Source: a virus. Taken from it: a DNA stretch of 64,000 nucleotides. Every line of letters begins with the position of its first letter. Position 1 is the stretch's first letter. This document shows positions 37,676-46,813 of this stretch, piece after piece. The position numbers and the translations under genes were made by a program. Below the pieces are notes generated by a model. It searched no databases and had not been told where the DNA came from. It saw nothing but the letters and a program-made list of their open reading frames with translations. Where the stretch lies: the IMG/VR virus record IMGVR_UViG_3300027904_000006, one strand, 5' to 3'.

Positions 37676-38386
37676 ATGGAACTGAAATTCGTTGACGACG
37701 CTCACCGTGATTTTTATTACGACTGCATTACTAAAACCAACAGCGAGGGCGACAGCTACAGGGAGGCCCTGTTTTACGCCCTTGGGATAAATGAGGATAT
37801 ACGCAGGAACATCCACGACGTTTACGACTTCTACTTGAACTCGTTCAAGACGGATACCGCGCTCCGTAAGCCATGGCAGACCGGCACAAGCGTAATGATA
37901 ACCCGGTTGGCGATAAACCTGTACAACGGCTACTGCGGGAGTGCGGAGGAAGCACATCTGTTTTCGCCGTATGAGTTGTTCTGCAACCCGTACATCGAAT
38001 ATTGCCTGGAGGCCGTAAGGATTCGTTACAAGCGGTACATCAATTCGCCGCTGACTAACGACGATATCCTGCAATGCATAATCACAACGGCGCTGAACAG
38101 TAAATCCGATTACATTTATACGGTCGAGCAAGGCGTTTTATGCATAGTGGACTTGGACAAGGGCGGCCGTTCCGTAACAAACGACATAGAAAACGTTTTG
38201 GAAAGCATTAACGCGCTTGAGGGCAACGTTGAGGATATGCCTATCATCTACCGGGACAGCGAGGGCATATGGGACGCGGTTGTCGGCTGGCCGGGCAAGA
38301 TTCAATTCGCGTCGGTAGACGTCCGCGACAAGGCCCACGCCATTGCGATAATCAAAAAGCATGTCCGCGACATGAGGCTCCACTGA
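37676..38386 (+). CDS. Two-domain protein: DUF6075-like N-terminus plus an unrelated phage domain
   Basis: F.DDAHRDFY, ALFYALGI, WQTGTS..ITRLAINLYNG, EAVRIRY; then IVDLDKGGRSVTND...IIYRDSEGIWD. Confidence 0.65.
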   Translation: MELKFVDDAHRDFYYDCITKTNSEGDSYREALFYALGINEDIRRNIHDVYDFYLNSFKTDTALRKPWQTGTSVMITRLAINLYNGYCGSAEEAHLFSPYELFCNPYIEYCLEAVRIRYKRYINSPLTNDDILQCIITTALNSKSDYIYTVEQGVLCIVDLDKGGRSVTNDIENVLESINALEGNVEDMPIIYRDSEGIWDAVVGWPGKIQFASVDVRDKAHAIAIIKKHVRDMRLH

Positions 38387-38509
38387 GACGCGGCCCGTTG
38401 TAGCAACAGGCCGCCGGAGAGAAGCCCCATCCGCTGCCAGAATATTGCTTCTACAGCGTTATTTTATCAATAAATATATTATTTTGCAAGCCAAACAGGA
38501 GGAATTTAT

Positions 38510-39478
38510 ATGAGCGAGGCTTTACTGCCGGTCGATGGCGCCATCGAGGTTGAACAGTTGCCGGTCATACGCGAAAGACTACAGGTTATCAGCGACCAGA
38601 TTAAAGAGCGGGTGTCGGACGCATTGGCGCTGGAATGCACAGAGGACACGGTCAAGGTGGTAAAGGCCGCGCGGGCGGCGCTGAACAGGGACTTTGGGGT
38701 ACTGGAAGCTAAACGCATGGAAGTCAAAGCCGCGATCATGTCGCCGTACAACACGTTCGAGCAGATATACAAAACCTTAATCATGGATGTCTTCAACGAG
38801 GGTATCAATACCTTGGGCGCGCGTATCAACGCCGTGCAGGACGAACTCAGGAAGCAGAAAGAGCGGGAGGTAAATGAGTATTTCAAAGAATACAAGTCCT
38901 GCCGCGCCTTGCAGTCGGGTTATGATATGGACTTCATATCGTTTGAGAAAGCGGGCCTCAACATAAACCTGAGCGCCAGCCTGAAAAGCCTGAAGGAGCA
39001 AGTCAAGGCGTATATAGACCGCACATGTTCTGACCTGGAGGCCATTGAAACCAACCCGGCCCACGTCGAGATACTTTGCGAGTATAAGCGCACGATGGAT
39101 TTGGGCCTGTCCATCTCTACGGTCGAACGCCGGCGCCGTGAAATCGAGGAACAGAAGGAGCGCGCGGAGAAAGCCAAGCAGGAACGCGCGGCACGGAAGA
39201 AGGCCCAAGCGGAGCGTGAAAAGTACCTGGCCTCACAGATACCGGCAGACACGATTGTGGACACGATTGTGGACACGATTGTGTCCGAACCTGAGCCGCT
39301 GCCCCCTCCGGTCATTACAAACCCGGAGCCTGAGCAGGTTGCGGCCCCGGAAGACGTTGAGGCAAACGGCCAGGATGACCCAATCAAAACGCTGACGTTC
39401 AGCGTGACCGCGCCCATATCCAAGCTAAGGGCGCTCAAAAAATTCTTAATAGACGGAGGTTATACAATCAATGGCTAA
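38510..39478 (+). CDS. DUF1351-family protein
   Basis: QLPVIRERL, CTEDTVK, RAALN, INLSASLKSLK; located upstream of recT. Confidence 0.8.
   Translation: MSEALLPVDGAIEVEQLPVIRERLQVISDQIKERVSDALALECTEDTVKVVKAARAALNRDFGVLEAKRMEVKAAIMSPYNTFEQIYKTLIMDVFNEGINTLGARINAVQDELRKQKEREVNEYFKEYKSCRALQSGYDMDFISFEKAGLNINLSASLKSLKEQVKAYIDRTCSDLEAIETNPAHVEILCEYKRTMDLGLSISTVERRRREIEEQKERAEKAKQERAARKKAQAEREKYLASQIPADTIVDTIVDTIVSEPEPLPPPVITNPEPEQVAAPEDVEANGQDDPIKTLTFSVTAPISKLRALKKFLIDGGYTING
39249..39284 (+). repeat. Three tandem 12-bp ACACGATTGTGG motifs inside a CDS (DTIV x3)
   Basis: Copies at 39249, 39261 and 39273. Confidence 0.9.
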
Positions 39479-40427
39479 TTCAGTCGCTCAAAAGCCGCGT
39501 TTCAGCGTGGCAATTCAGACAGACGCATACCAAAGACTGATTAATAACACGCTTCAAGACCCGAAGCGCCGGTCAAGGTTCCTGGCGGCCATATCGTCCG
39601 CTGTCGCAACGAACCCCGACTTGCAGGAATGCGACGCGGGGACGATACTGTCCTGCGGGTTCCTGGGGGAAAGCATGAACCTGTCCCCCAGCCCCCAGCT
39701 TGGGCATTACTACATGGTACCGTTTAACGATACCAAGAACAACCGCAAGGCGGCCACGTTCATACTTGGCTACAAAGGCTACATCCAGCTTGCGGCGCGG
39801 TCGGGGATGTACAAGGACATAACAGTTAACCCCATCAAGCGCGGGGAGCTTATCAAATACGACCGCATAACGGGCCAAATCAGCCTGAACCCCATTGAGG
39901 ATGAAGTCCAGTGGGAGCTGACCGAAACCATTGGCTACTACGCGTCGTTCGAGTACCTGAACGGCTTCAAGAAGTCGCTGTATTGGAGCAAGGCCAAAAT
40001 GATACAGCACGCCGACCGGTACAGCAAGGCGTTCAGCGTCGGGCCGGCCACGATAAATACGAGGAACGGCCCGGTAACCAAGGTATCGTATGAGGATTAC
40101 GCCGCAGGGAAAGTGCAGAAAGGCACTGAATGGCTGTACTCAAGCTTCTGGTATCAGGATTTTGACGGTATGGCGCAAAAAACCCTGATTCGGCAACTGC
40201 TAGGCAAATGGGGCATCCTCTCAATCGAAATGCAGACTGCGTTTGAGAGCGACAACTCGGTCATTAACGCGGACTTGACCCCTGAGTATGTTGTTACCCA
40301 AGATACGGAGGTCGAGCCGATAAACGGTAACGGTAACGGCAACGGGGCCGAACCCGCCCACGAGGAGGCCGCGCCCGCCGCGCCTGCGCCGAACGGCGGC
40401 GATAATATCTCAATGAGCGAGCTATGA
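39471..40427 (+). CDS. recT: RecT-family single-strand annealing protein
   Basis: LSPSPQLGHYYMVPF, ATFILGYKGYIQLAARSG, WY.DFDGMAQKTLIRQLLGKWGILSIEMQ. Confidence 0.92.
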   Translation: MANSVAQKPRFSVAIQTDAYQRLINNTLQDPKRRSRFLAAISSAVATNPDLQECDAGTILSCGFLGESMNLSPSPQLGHYYMVPFNDTKNNRKAATFILGYKGYIQLAARSGMYKDITVNPIKRGELIKYDRITGQISLNPIEDEVQWELTETIGYYASFEYLNGFKKSLYWSKAKMIQHADRYSKAFSVGPATINTRNGPVTKVSYEDYAAGKVQKGTEWLYSSFWYQDFDGMAQKTLIRQLLGKWGILSIEMQTAFESDNSVINADLTPEYVVTQDTEVEPINGNGNGNGAEPAHEEAAPAAPAPNGGDNISMSEL

Positions 40428-41113
40428 TTGAATACGACATCTTGTCGTCGGGCAGTAAGGGCAACGCCACAGTCATAAACGGGGAAATCCTGATTGACTG
40501 TGGCGTTCCCGCCAGGTCATTGAGCAGATACATTAAAACGTTACGGCTTGTTTTACTCACGCACCAACACGGCGACCACCTCAACCCGGCGGCAATCAGA
40601 TACCTGGCGCTGGAACGCCCAAGCCTGCGGTTCATATGCGGCCCATGGCTTTATGACAGGACGCTGAAAGCCGGGGCCCTCAAGCTACAGGTTGACCGGA
40701 TGCTGCCGGGCGAAACGGCGGTATATAACGCCGGCCGGATCTCAACTAAGCCCGGCTATGAAATAACTATGGCGCCGGCAAAGCATGACGTCCCGAACTG
40801 CGGGTACAAGGTCATCCTCCCCTCCGGCGAAAAGCTGTTTTACATGACCGACACGAATACGCTGGACAGCATTGTCGCTAAAGGCTTTGACCTGTACATG
40901 CTTGAGGCGAACTGGGAAGAAGCGGGTATGCGCGAACGCATAACCGCCGCAATGGAGTCAGGCCAATATCAATACGAATGGCGGGCCATCGAGAACCACC
41001 TGTCTAAAGAAAAGGCTGATAATTGGCTGTATCAAAACATGGGGCCAAACAGCCAGTACATCTATCTGCATTGTCATGAAGATATTGATTCCGGAGGTGT
41101 ATCGAATGAGTAA
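40424..41113 (+). CDS. Metallo-beta-lactamase-fold hydrolase (exonuclease partner of RecT)
   Basis: SSGSKGN, IDCG, LTHQHGDH, HDVPNCGY, TDT, LEAN, NHLS. Confidence 0.9.
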   Translation: MIEYDILSSGSKGNATVINGEILIDCGVPARSLSRYIKTLRLVLLTHQHGDHLNPAAIRYLALERPSLRFICGPWLYDRTLKAGALKLQVDRMLPGETAVYNAGRISTKPGYEITMAPAKHDVPNCGYKVILPSGEKLFYMTDTNTLDSIVAKGFDLYMLEANWEEAGMRERITAAMESGQYQYEWRAIENHLSKEKADNWLYQNMGPNSQYIYLHCHEDIDSGGVSNE

Positions 41114-41414
41114 GATAAAGGTCTTGAAGGTCGAACCAGGGCATAAGCCTTACGTAACGGAAATCGGCAACGATTTAAAATCCATGCAGGCCGTTGTAGG
41201 CGGATACATCCAGGCTGTACCGCTGGCCGGCGACGCCGTTTTAATCTGCAACGAGGAAGGGAAGCTTGACGGGCTTCCGTTCAACAGGAGATTCGGCAAT
41301 GACATACTTGTCGGGACGTTTTTCATAGCTTCAAGTGACGACCTCGGAGAGTTTATTTCACTTCCGGATTCGGACATAGAGAAATACACGAAAATGTTCC
41401 GCTTGCCAGTCTGA
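41106..41414 (+). CDS. DUF3846-family protein
   Basis: KVEPG.KP, LKSMQAVVGGYI, CNEEGKLDGLPFNR. Confidence 0.8.
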   Translation: MSKIKVLKVEPGHKPYVTEIGNDLKSMQAVVGGYIQAVPLAGDAVLICNEEGKLDGLPFNRRFGNDILVGTFFIASSDDLGEFISLPDSDIEKYTKMFRLPV

Positions 41415-41427
41415 CGGAGGTGTCGAA

Positions 41428-41787
41428 ATGGAAAGCAGGTATTTGTTCCGGGGCAAGCGATTCGGCGGCGGCTGGATAGTAGGTTCACTCGTCGATTCAG
41501 AAACAATAAGCAAGAATAGTGACCGTACAGACTTATATGCCGTTAATCCTGATACCATCGGCCAATGCACCGGCTTTAAGGATAAGAACGGTTCACTGAT
41601 TTTTGAGGATGACATTGTCCTTATTCCAAAATTGGGCGCGTTCAAAATAATTTGGGGGATTTTCTCATACTGGGCATTGCAAAGCAACGCCGGTAAAGAA
41701 TGCTTTTCCTTGTACACATATGCCAGTAAATCAGATTGTGAAGTTATTGGTAATATTTATGATAGTCCTGACCTTATAACAGAATAA
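41428..41787 (+). CDS. YopX-family protein
   Basis: FRGKR..GGWIVGSL, TIGQCTGFKDKNG..IFEDDI, EVIGNIYD. Confidence 0.9.
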   Translation: MESRYLFRGKRFGGGWIVGSLVDSETISKNSDRTDLYAVNPDTIGQCTGFKDKNGSLIFEDDIVLIPKLGAFKIIWGIFSYWALQSNAGKECFSLYTYASKSDCEVIGNIYDSPDLITE

Positions 41788-41791
41788 GATT

Positions 41792-41897
41792 CATGCCGTG
41801 GCGGAATAGGTAGACGCTAGACGGCGCGAGATAGCCTGTGATCGCGTCCAAGGGGCAGGGTCAATCCCATGCGGGGCGCAAATCCCCGCCGGCATGG
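41792..41897 (+). ncRNA. tRNA-like structured RNA with a non-canonical anticodon arm
   Basis: Acceptor CATGCCG/CGGCATG; D arm GCG-GAATAGGTAGA-CGC; T-like arm GCGGGG-CGCAAAT-CCCCGC; 106 nt; no 7-nt anticodon loop, no CCA. Confidence 0.6.
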
Positions 41898-42029
41898 TTG
41901 GCTTTAAATACACATAACAGTATGCGCATATCTGTATACACATACAGGAATGGCTTAAACGCGCCGTTTCTGAGGCTATACATATATCCGCATACATATA
42001 AACGCATACACATATCAGGAGCAACAATC

Positions 42030-42371
42030 ATGCTTTACTCGAAAAAAAACAAGTACCACAACCAGAAGATTGTCTTAAACGGCATCCAATTCGATTCCAA
42101 AAAGGAGGCGGCCAGATACCAGGAGCTTGTCTTGCTACAGCGGGCCGGTGAAATATCAGACCTGCGGCGCCAGGTCAAGTTCGTCCTGATACCCCGCTTT
42201 GGCGATGAGCGGGCAGTAGTTTATTACGCGGATTTTTGCTACACCGAGGGCGGGGCAAATATCGTCGAGGACGTAAAAAGCGCGGCTACCAAGAAGGACA
42301 AGGCGTACATCCTCAAGCGGAAGCTGCTCAAGTATTTATTCCGCAATATCGTGTTCAGGGAGATTGACTAG
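42030..42371 (+). CDS. DUF1064-family protein (putative Holliday-junction nuclease)
   Basis: KYHNQK...FDSKKEAARY..L, YYADFCY, VEDVKS. Confidence 0.88.
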   Translation: MLYSKKNKYHNQKIVLNGIQFDSKKEAARYQELVLLQRAGEISDLRRQVKFVLIPRFGDERAVVYYADFCYTEGGANIVEDVKSAATKKDKAYILKRKLLKYLFRNIVFREID

Positions 42372-42546
42372 GCAGTAGCTTAATTTCCCCGTGTTCGCGC
42401 TCGTATTTCTCTATGTCTCTTTTACAAATGCGGTCAATATAGTTTGCTAATGAGCGCCCATCCATGCCAGATAATATTTTCAGTTTCTCGTATGTGCTTT
42501 CTTCAAATCTGCATGAATATACAATCAGCTTATTTGATTGACGCAC
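42355..42546 (-). CDS. Ribbon-helix-helix (Arc-like) regulator
   Basis: YSCRFEESTYEKLKILSGMDGRSLANYIDRI. Confidence 0.7.
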   Translation of the reverse strand: MRQSNKLIVYSCRFEESTYEKLKILSGMDGRSLANYIDRICKRDIEKYEREHGEIKLLPSQSP

Positions 42547-42692
42547 TGCATGTCACCACCTGTATTCACTTGTAGTTGATAGCTAACAGTATATCAGGTC
42601 AAATATATATTGACAAGCCTTTATGCTTATGGTAAATTGTAGTTATTAAGATTACATATAACTACAATAGTAGAATAATACTAAGGCGGAAG

Positions 42693-43004
42693 ATGATCAT
42701 GCAAAAAGAAATCGGATATTCATATATCCCCAATACTCTTATCGAACGTATTGCGAAAGTACGAATGAGTGATTTGCAGGCGAGCATTGTCTGTATCTTA
42801 TTTCTTTATCAATATGGCGTTTTCCCCAAAGAATGTCAGATACAAAGAACCCATGCTTTTTTATCAAAAACAATAGGTATAAGTCTTTCTTGTTTTTGTA
42901 AAGAGGTACAGCCGTTGATAGAGAAACACATACTGAACGTTATACAAGGGACAACAGCCGATATTATTTCATTCAACGAAAACTACGATGAATGGATATC
43001 ATAG
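42693..43004 (+). CDS. Stand-alone lambda O-like replication-protein N-terminal domain
   Basis: GYSYIPNTLIE, LYQYG, FLSKTIGI, LIEKHI, FNENYDEW; no C-terminal domain. Confidence 0.6.
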   Translation: MIMQKEIGYSYIPNTLIERIAKVRMSDLQASIVCILFLYQYGVFPKECQIQRTHAFLSKTIGISLSCFCKEVQPLIEKHILNVIQGTTADIISFNENYDEWIS

Positions 43005-43024
43005 GTTGTTTAAAGCGTTAGCTT

Positions 43025-43114
43025 GTAACGCGTTACATGAGCGTTACATGAGCGTTACATAACGCGTTACAGAATGTTACACCTTAGCATGTTAGTTTTA
43101 CATGTTAGTTTTAC
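43025..43114. repeat. Iteron-like repeats upstream of the rep gene
   Basis: TGTAACGCGTTACA palindrome; GCGTTAC x4 (43030-43070); GTTAGTTTTAC at 43091 and 43104, the reverse complement of the rep iteron. Confidence 0.75.
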
Positions 43115-43144
43115 ACGTTTTACACACAGGAAGAGGAATACAGA

Positions 43145-44059
43145 ATGAGTGACGTCAAATGGATAAAAATCGTTACTGGTATCTTTGACGATGAAAAGAT
43201 TTTACTAATCGAAAGCATGCCGGCTGCTGACGCTATTATTGTCATTTGGTTCAAGCTTTTATGCCTTGCAGGAAAGCAGAATAATTCAGGCGTTATAACT
43301 ATGTCCAATGGTATCCCCTATACCGAAAAAATGCTTTCCGTCGTATTCCGCAGAGATGAAAGTGTAATTGCGTTAGCTTTACAGGTTTTTCAACAATTCA
43401 AAATGGTTGAAATTATTGATGATGCAATCACTATTCCGAACTGGGGAAAGCACCAAACGTTAGATAAATTAGAGCAAAAAACTGAGTACATGAAAGGTTA
43501 CATGAGGGACTATAGGGCCAAACAACGGCTTAAAATAGCGGCTTCTAAGGACGAAACAAGTAAAACTAACAGTAAAACTAACAGTAAAAATAGTAAAACT
43601 AACAGTAAGGCTAATGTTAGCTCGGCAGAAGAAGATGTAGATGTAGATAAAGAAGATAAAAAAGACTCAGATGGTAAAGAAAAAGATGATGAAGAAAAAG
43701 CCCCAAAAAGGTCAAAAACCCGTGCCACAGCAGCAGCGAAACCTTTTGTCCCGCCTACGCTTGATGAGGTGATCGCTTATGCCAATGGCCGTGAAAGCAT
43801 ATCAGACCCGCGTCATTTCTGGGAGCACTACGACCTCTCAAATTGGACGGACGCCGGTGGCAACTCTATTATCAACTGGAAACAAAAATTCATTCAATGG
43901 GAATCACGCGATAGAAAGAATGGAGTTGCACCGAAAAAATCTGGCGCTATCAACCCTTTTTTAAAAGATATGTTTGTAGACGAAGGCGAAAACATTATCG
44001 AGGGGGATTGTTTCGAGTATGACGGTGACGGAAGCTCAAAAACTAATGGCAATGATTAA
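43145..44059 (+). CDS. Replication initiator (replisome-organiser N-terminal domain)
   Basis: VKWIKI.TGIFDDEKI, IWFKLLCLAGK, IPYTEKML, ITIPNWGKHQ, FVPPTLDEV, FWEHYDLSNW. Confidence 0.9.
   Translation: MSDVKWIKIVTGIFDDEKILLIESMPAADAIIVIWFKLLCLAGKQNNSGVITMSNGIPYTEKMLSVVFRRDESVIALALQVFQQFKMVEIIDDAITIPNWGKHQTLDKLEQKTEYMKGYMRDYRAKQRLKIAASKDETSKTNSKTNSKNSKTNSKANVSSAEEDVDVDKEDKKDSDGKEKDDEEKAPKRSKTRATAAAKPFVPPTLDEVIAYANGRESISDPRHFWEHYDLSNWTDAGGNSIINWKQKFIQWESRDRKNGVAPKKSGAINPFLKDMFVDEGENIIEGDCFEYDGDGSSKTNGND
43559..43607 (+). repeat. Origin iterons inside the rep gene
   Basis: GTAAAACTAAC at 43560, 43572 and 43593, plus one variant. Confidence 0.8.
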
Positions 44060-44396
44060 GGCTAATTATCCCATGTATCATGCAAAGACAGATGAGGTCA
44101 CGCAGAAAATGGCAGTAAAAATCATGGCGAAAGTTTTGAGCGATCTCTGTCCAGAGGACTGCGAAATGGCGTTATTGCAATACATATCCGAACCGCACGA
44201 ATTCCCGCCGAATGCGGGGCAAATTCGCCAGATTGCCTTGAATTTACGTTCGCCATTTGCCAACTCCTTGATACGAAATATGATTCCTTCCGTGCGGAGT
44301 TATCACGAAAAAATAGAAAAAGGGTATCAGGATGATAGCTACACGAGATTCTTGCTAACAGATACAAGCCTGGAGGATGCATTTTCCGATGACTGA
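44019..44396 (+). CDS. Helicase loader/inhibitor (G39P-like) protein
   Basis: MT..EAQKLMAMIKANYP, FPPNAGQI; follows rep. Confidence 0.65.
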   Translation: MTVTEAQKLMAMIKANYPMYHAKTDEVTQKMAVKIMAKVLSDLCPEDCEMALLQYISEPHEFPPNAGQIRQIALNLRSPFANSLIRNMIPSVRSYHEKIEKGYQDDSYTRFLLTDTSLEDAFSDD

Positions 44397-45045
44397 ATAC
44401 GAATTTGAGCGCATTATCAACTTCATGGGAGGCATCTGGGGCGCTCAGTTCGATCAAGACAAAACGCAAATTTGGTTTTCAATTCTAGGCAAGCTGAAAC
44501 CAGAGGGGTTATTAAAGTCGTTGCAGGAGCTGGCGCTTGAAAAGACTTTCCCGCCGTCAATCAGCGAGATTGCCAAAAAGTACGACGAACTCAAGAAACG
44601 GGCCGAAGCCGAGAAGCGCCAGCAGGAACAAGAGGCGTATGATAAGCATATAAAAATGCTGACTGACGGCCAGCACTACTGCTATATTTGCGGAAATATC
44701 GGCCTCATTTTTTTCGACAGGGATGGGTATGAGTATGTATGCCGCTGTTCGTGCGCAAGAGGGAAAAGCGGCTGGAGCAGGTATCAGATAACCCCGGGGA
44801 TGATGTGGAAAGACCCAAATACTGGGAAAGAGGAAGACATATACATGCCCGAAATTAACGACCTTTTCACGGAGGAAGAAATTGAGATAATCAAACTCAA
44901 GAATTCTGGCGACAAGATGGAAAGGGCCGGGGCAGCCGCCATATCTAGGGGCGAGTTGTTGAGGCAGGCGACAAAGACCTTAGTCGAACAGGTTTCATTA
45001 GGCTGGGAGGATTATCACGGGGATACCCCGTTCAAAAACAAATAA
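44389..45045 (+). CDS. Second loader-like protein with a zinc finger
   Basis: W..IL, FPPSISEI, CYICGNIG, CRCSC. Confidence 0.55.
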   Translation: MTEYEFERIINFMGGIWGAQFDQDKTQIWFSILGKLKPEGLLKSLQELALEKTFPPSISEIAKKYDELKKRAEAEKRQQEQEAYDKHIKMLTDGQHYCYICGNIGLIFFDRDGYEYVCRCSCARGKSGWSRYQITPGMMWKDPNTGKEEDIYMPEINDLFTEEEIEIIKLKNSGDKMERAGAAAISRGELLRQATKTLVEQVSLGWEDYHGDTPFKNK

Positions 45046-45063
45046 AGTACCGGGAGGGGCTTA

Positions 45064-45348
45064 ATGCAGAATCCAGATTGCTACAAGTGCAGGTACAGGC
45101 GCAACGTGCCGGGCGACAAGCATAGCAAATGCGTATACCCAGGGAACGTCGAGACGATATTTGCCTTAGTTGGGATTCCTGAAACGAGCAACATGGAGAA
45201 CGCGAATAAGTTAAACATCATGGCCGACAGGCATGGGTTCGAGAAGGGCTGGTTCAACTGGCCAGTCAACTTTGACCCGACTTGGCTAAGGAACTGTGAC
45301 GGGTTCAAACCCAGTCAGGTTGAGGATAGAGGGGGGAGCAATGCGTAG
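45064..45348 (+). CDS. Cys-rich phage protein
   Basis: CYKCRYRRNVPGDKHSKC, GWFNWPVNFDPTWLRNCDGF. Confidence 0.7.
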   Translation: MQNPDCYKCRYRRNVPGDKHSKCVYPGNVETIFALVGIPETSNMENANKLNIMADRHGFEKGWFNWPVNFDPTWLRNCDGFKPSQVEDRGGSNA

Positions 45349-45718
45349 TTTCGTGGACGTAATGAAGTCGCCGCGGCTGACTGTCATCGACAGCGGGCTA
45401 GGCGGTATTGCGGGTAGGACTGGTATGAGGTGGCTGCGGGCGTACCTGTCACACCCGGAATACAAGCCGAACGAGGTCGTTATTATCGCCGGATGGGACG
45501 AGTTTACCAAAAGCGGCAAGCCGCTGGAGCATGTCAGCGTGTCGCTGAGGCGGCGATGCCCAACATGGGACGAAATGGTCATGATAAAAGACATATTCTG
45601 GAAAGATGAAGAAATGGTCATCCAGTTCCACCCGCCCAAATCGCAATACGTAAACATGCACCCGAACTGCCTGCACCTGTGGCGCCAGCCGGGCTGGGAA
45701 CCGGATATGGAATGGTAG
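45341..45718 (+). CDS. Conserved phage protein
   Basis: EHVSVS...RCPTWDEM..IKDIFW, QFHPPKSQYVNMHPNCLHLW. Confidence 0.75.
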   Translation: MRSFVDVMKSPRLTVIDSGLGGIAGRTGMRWLRAYLSHPEYKPNEVVIIAGWDEFTKSGKPLEHVSVSLRRRCPTWDEMVMIKDIFWKDEEMVIQFHPPKSQYVNMHPNCLHLWRQPGWEPDMEW

Positions 45719-45776
45719 ATTGTTAAAAATTTAACACATACCCTCTAAAACGGCCCTATTTTGAAAAAAATAGCCT

Positions 45777-45976
45777 TGGGAATATAAATATACGCTGAAA
45801 CTATTTCCGTGGATATTTAGGCCCTTAAAATGCGTATTCCGGGCATTTTAAAATCGGGGCCTGTCCCGGCAGAAACAAGGTCAAAAACATACCCCGTTTT
45901 TTTGCGTTTTAAGGCCCGTCAAATTGCTTGGAATATAAATATACGTCCAAACTGTTTCCGGGCGAATCTGAGGCCG
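45777..45976 (+). repeat. Imperfect ~48-bp direct repeat in a 340-bp non-coding gap
   Basis: GGAATATAAATATACG...AAACT.TTTCCG.G...AT.T.AGGCC at about 45777-45824 and 45929-45976. Confidence 0.65.
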
Positions 45977-46066
45977 TAGGACACCGTAGCGGGCGTTTTA
46001 GAATGGCAGGCATACCCGGCAAAAAAACAGACATCAGGAGATAGAAAAACAGGGAGGTAAAGTAAT

Positions 46067-46405
46067 ATGGCTAACCGTGGACAGAACCGGCAAGCCGCCA
46101 GGGAAAAAAAGATAGCGAACAGGCCAAAAACAAGGGTTTGCCTGGGCCCGGATGAACTCAAGCTCAAGCTTTACGAAACTGAGCGCGAAAAAAAGATTGT
46201 AGCCAAGGTAGTGCATGAGCTAAACATTGTCACGCTCATGGTTGCCCGCGACAAGCTGAAGTTCGGCAAGAAACGCCTCATGCGGCTGTACAATTTCCTG
46301 CTTGAAATGTGGGATGCCGTCGAAACCGGGCATGTGTCCGCCGCGGACATGGAGCGGACGTTGATTGAGGAAGTCGGGATTGAGATTTTTCAAGTCAAAT
46401 TATAA
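46067..46405 (+). CDS. Conserved phage protein
   Basis: LMVARDKLKFGKKRL.R...L.EEVGI; RBS GGGAGGT. Confidence 0.7.
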   Translation: MANRGQNRQAAREKKIANRPKTRVCLGPDELKLKLYETEREKKIVAKVVHELNIVTLMVARDKLKFGKKRLMRLYNFLLEMWDAVETGHVSAADMERTLIEEVGIEIFQVKL

Positions 46406-46424
46406 AAGGGGGCGCTTGGCCCAA

Positions 46425-46805
46425 ATGGAGAATATCGTACCGAATATTCATGTCCCTACTGAGCTTCTGCCTGATACGAGAAAGCATATACACATGATTA
46501 AGCCAAAAGCTCAGATTCGCCGGTTTATCGTGGACTGCCATAACGGTATCAAATACTCCAACAATGAATTTAACTATATAACCCTGGAGGATGATGTATC
46601 GACCGACGAGGACGCCATGGTATATCTGCGCAAGGAAACGTACAAGCACATGAAAAGCAAGATATACTCCTGCGTGGAGTTGCTGGGGGAAATAAGGCTG
46701 GTAGACCTGCCGCTTATGAGCAATGAGCAGATGAAAAAGCATACAAAGCTGATTTTTTACAACCCGGCATGGGAGCCTTTGTCGGCGTACTCAAGAATGT
46801 TATAG
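46425..46805 (+). CDS. Hypothetical protein
   Basis: 126 aa; AAAGGGGG RBS. Confidence 0.55.
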   Translation: MENIVPNIHVPTELLPDTRKHIHMIKPKAQIRRFIVDCHNGIKYSNNEFNYITLEDDVSTDEDAMVYLRKETYKHMKSKIYSCVELLGEIRLVDLPLMSNEQMKKHTKLIFYNPAWEPLSAYSRML

Positions 46806-46813
46806 GGGGAGAA

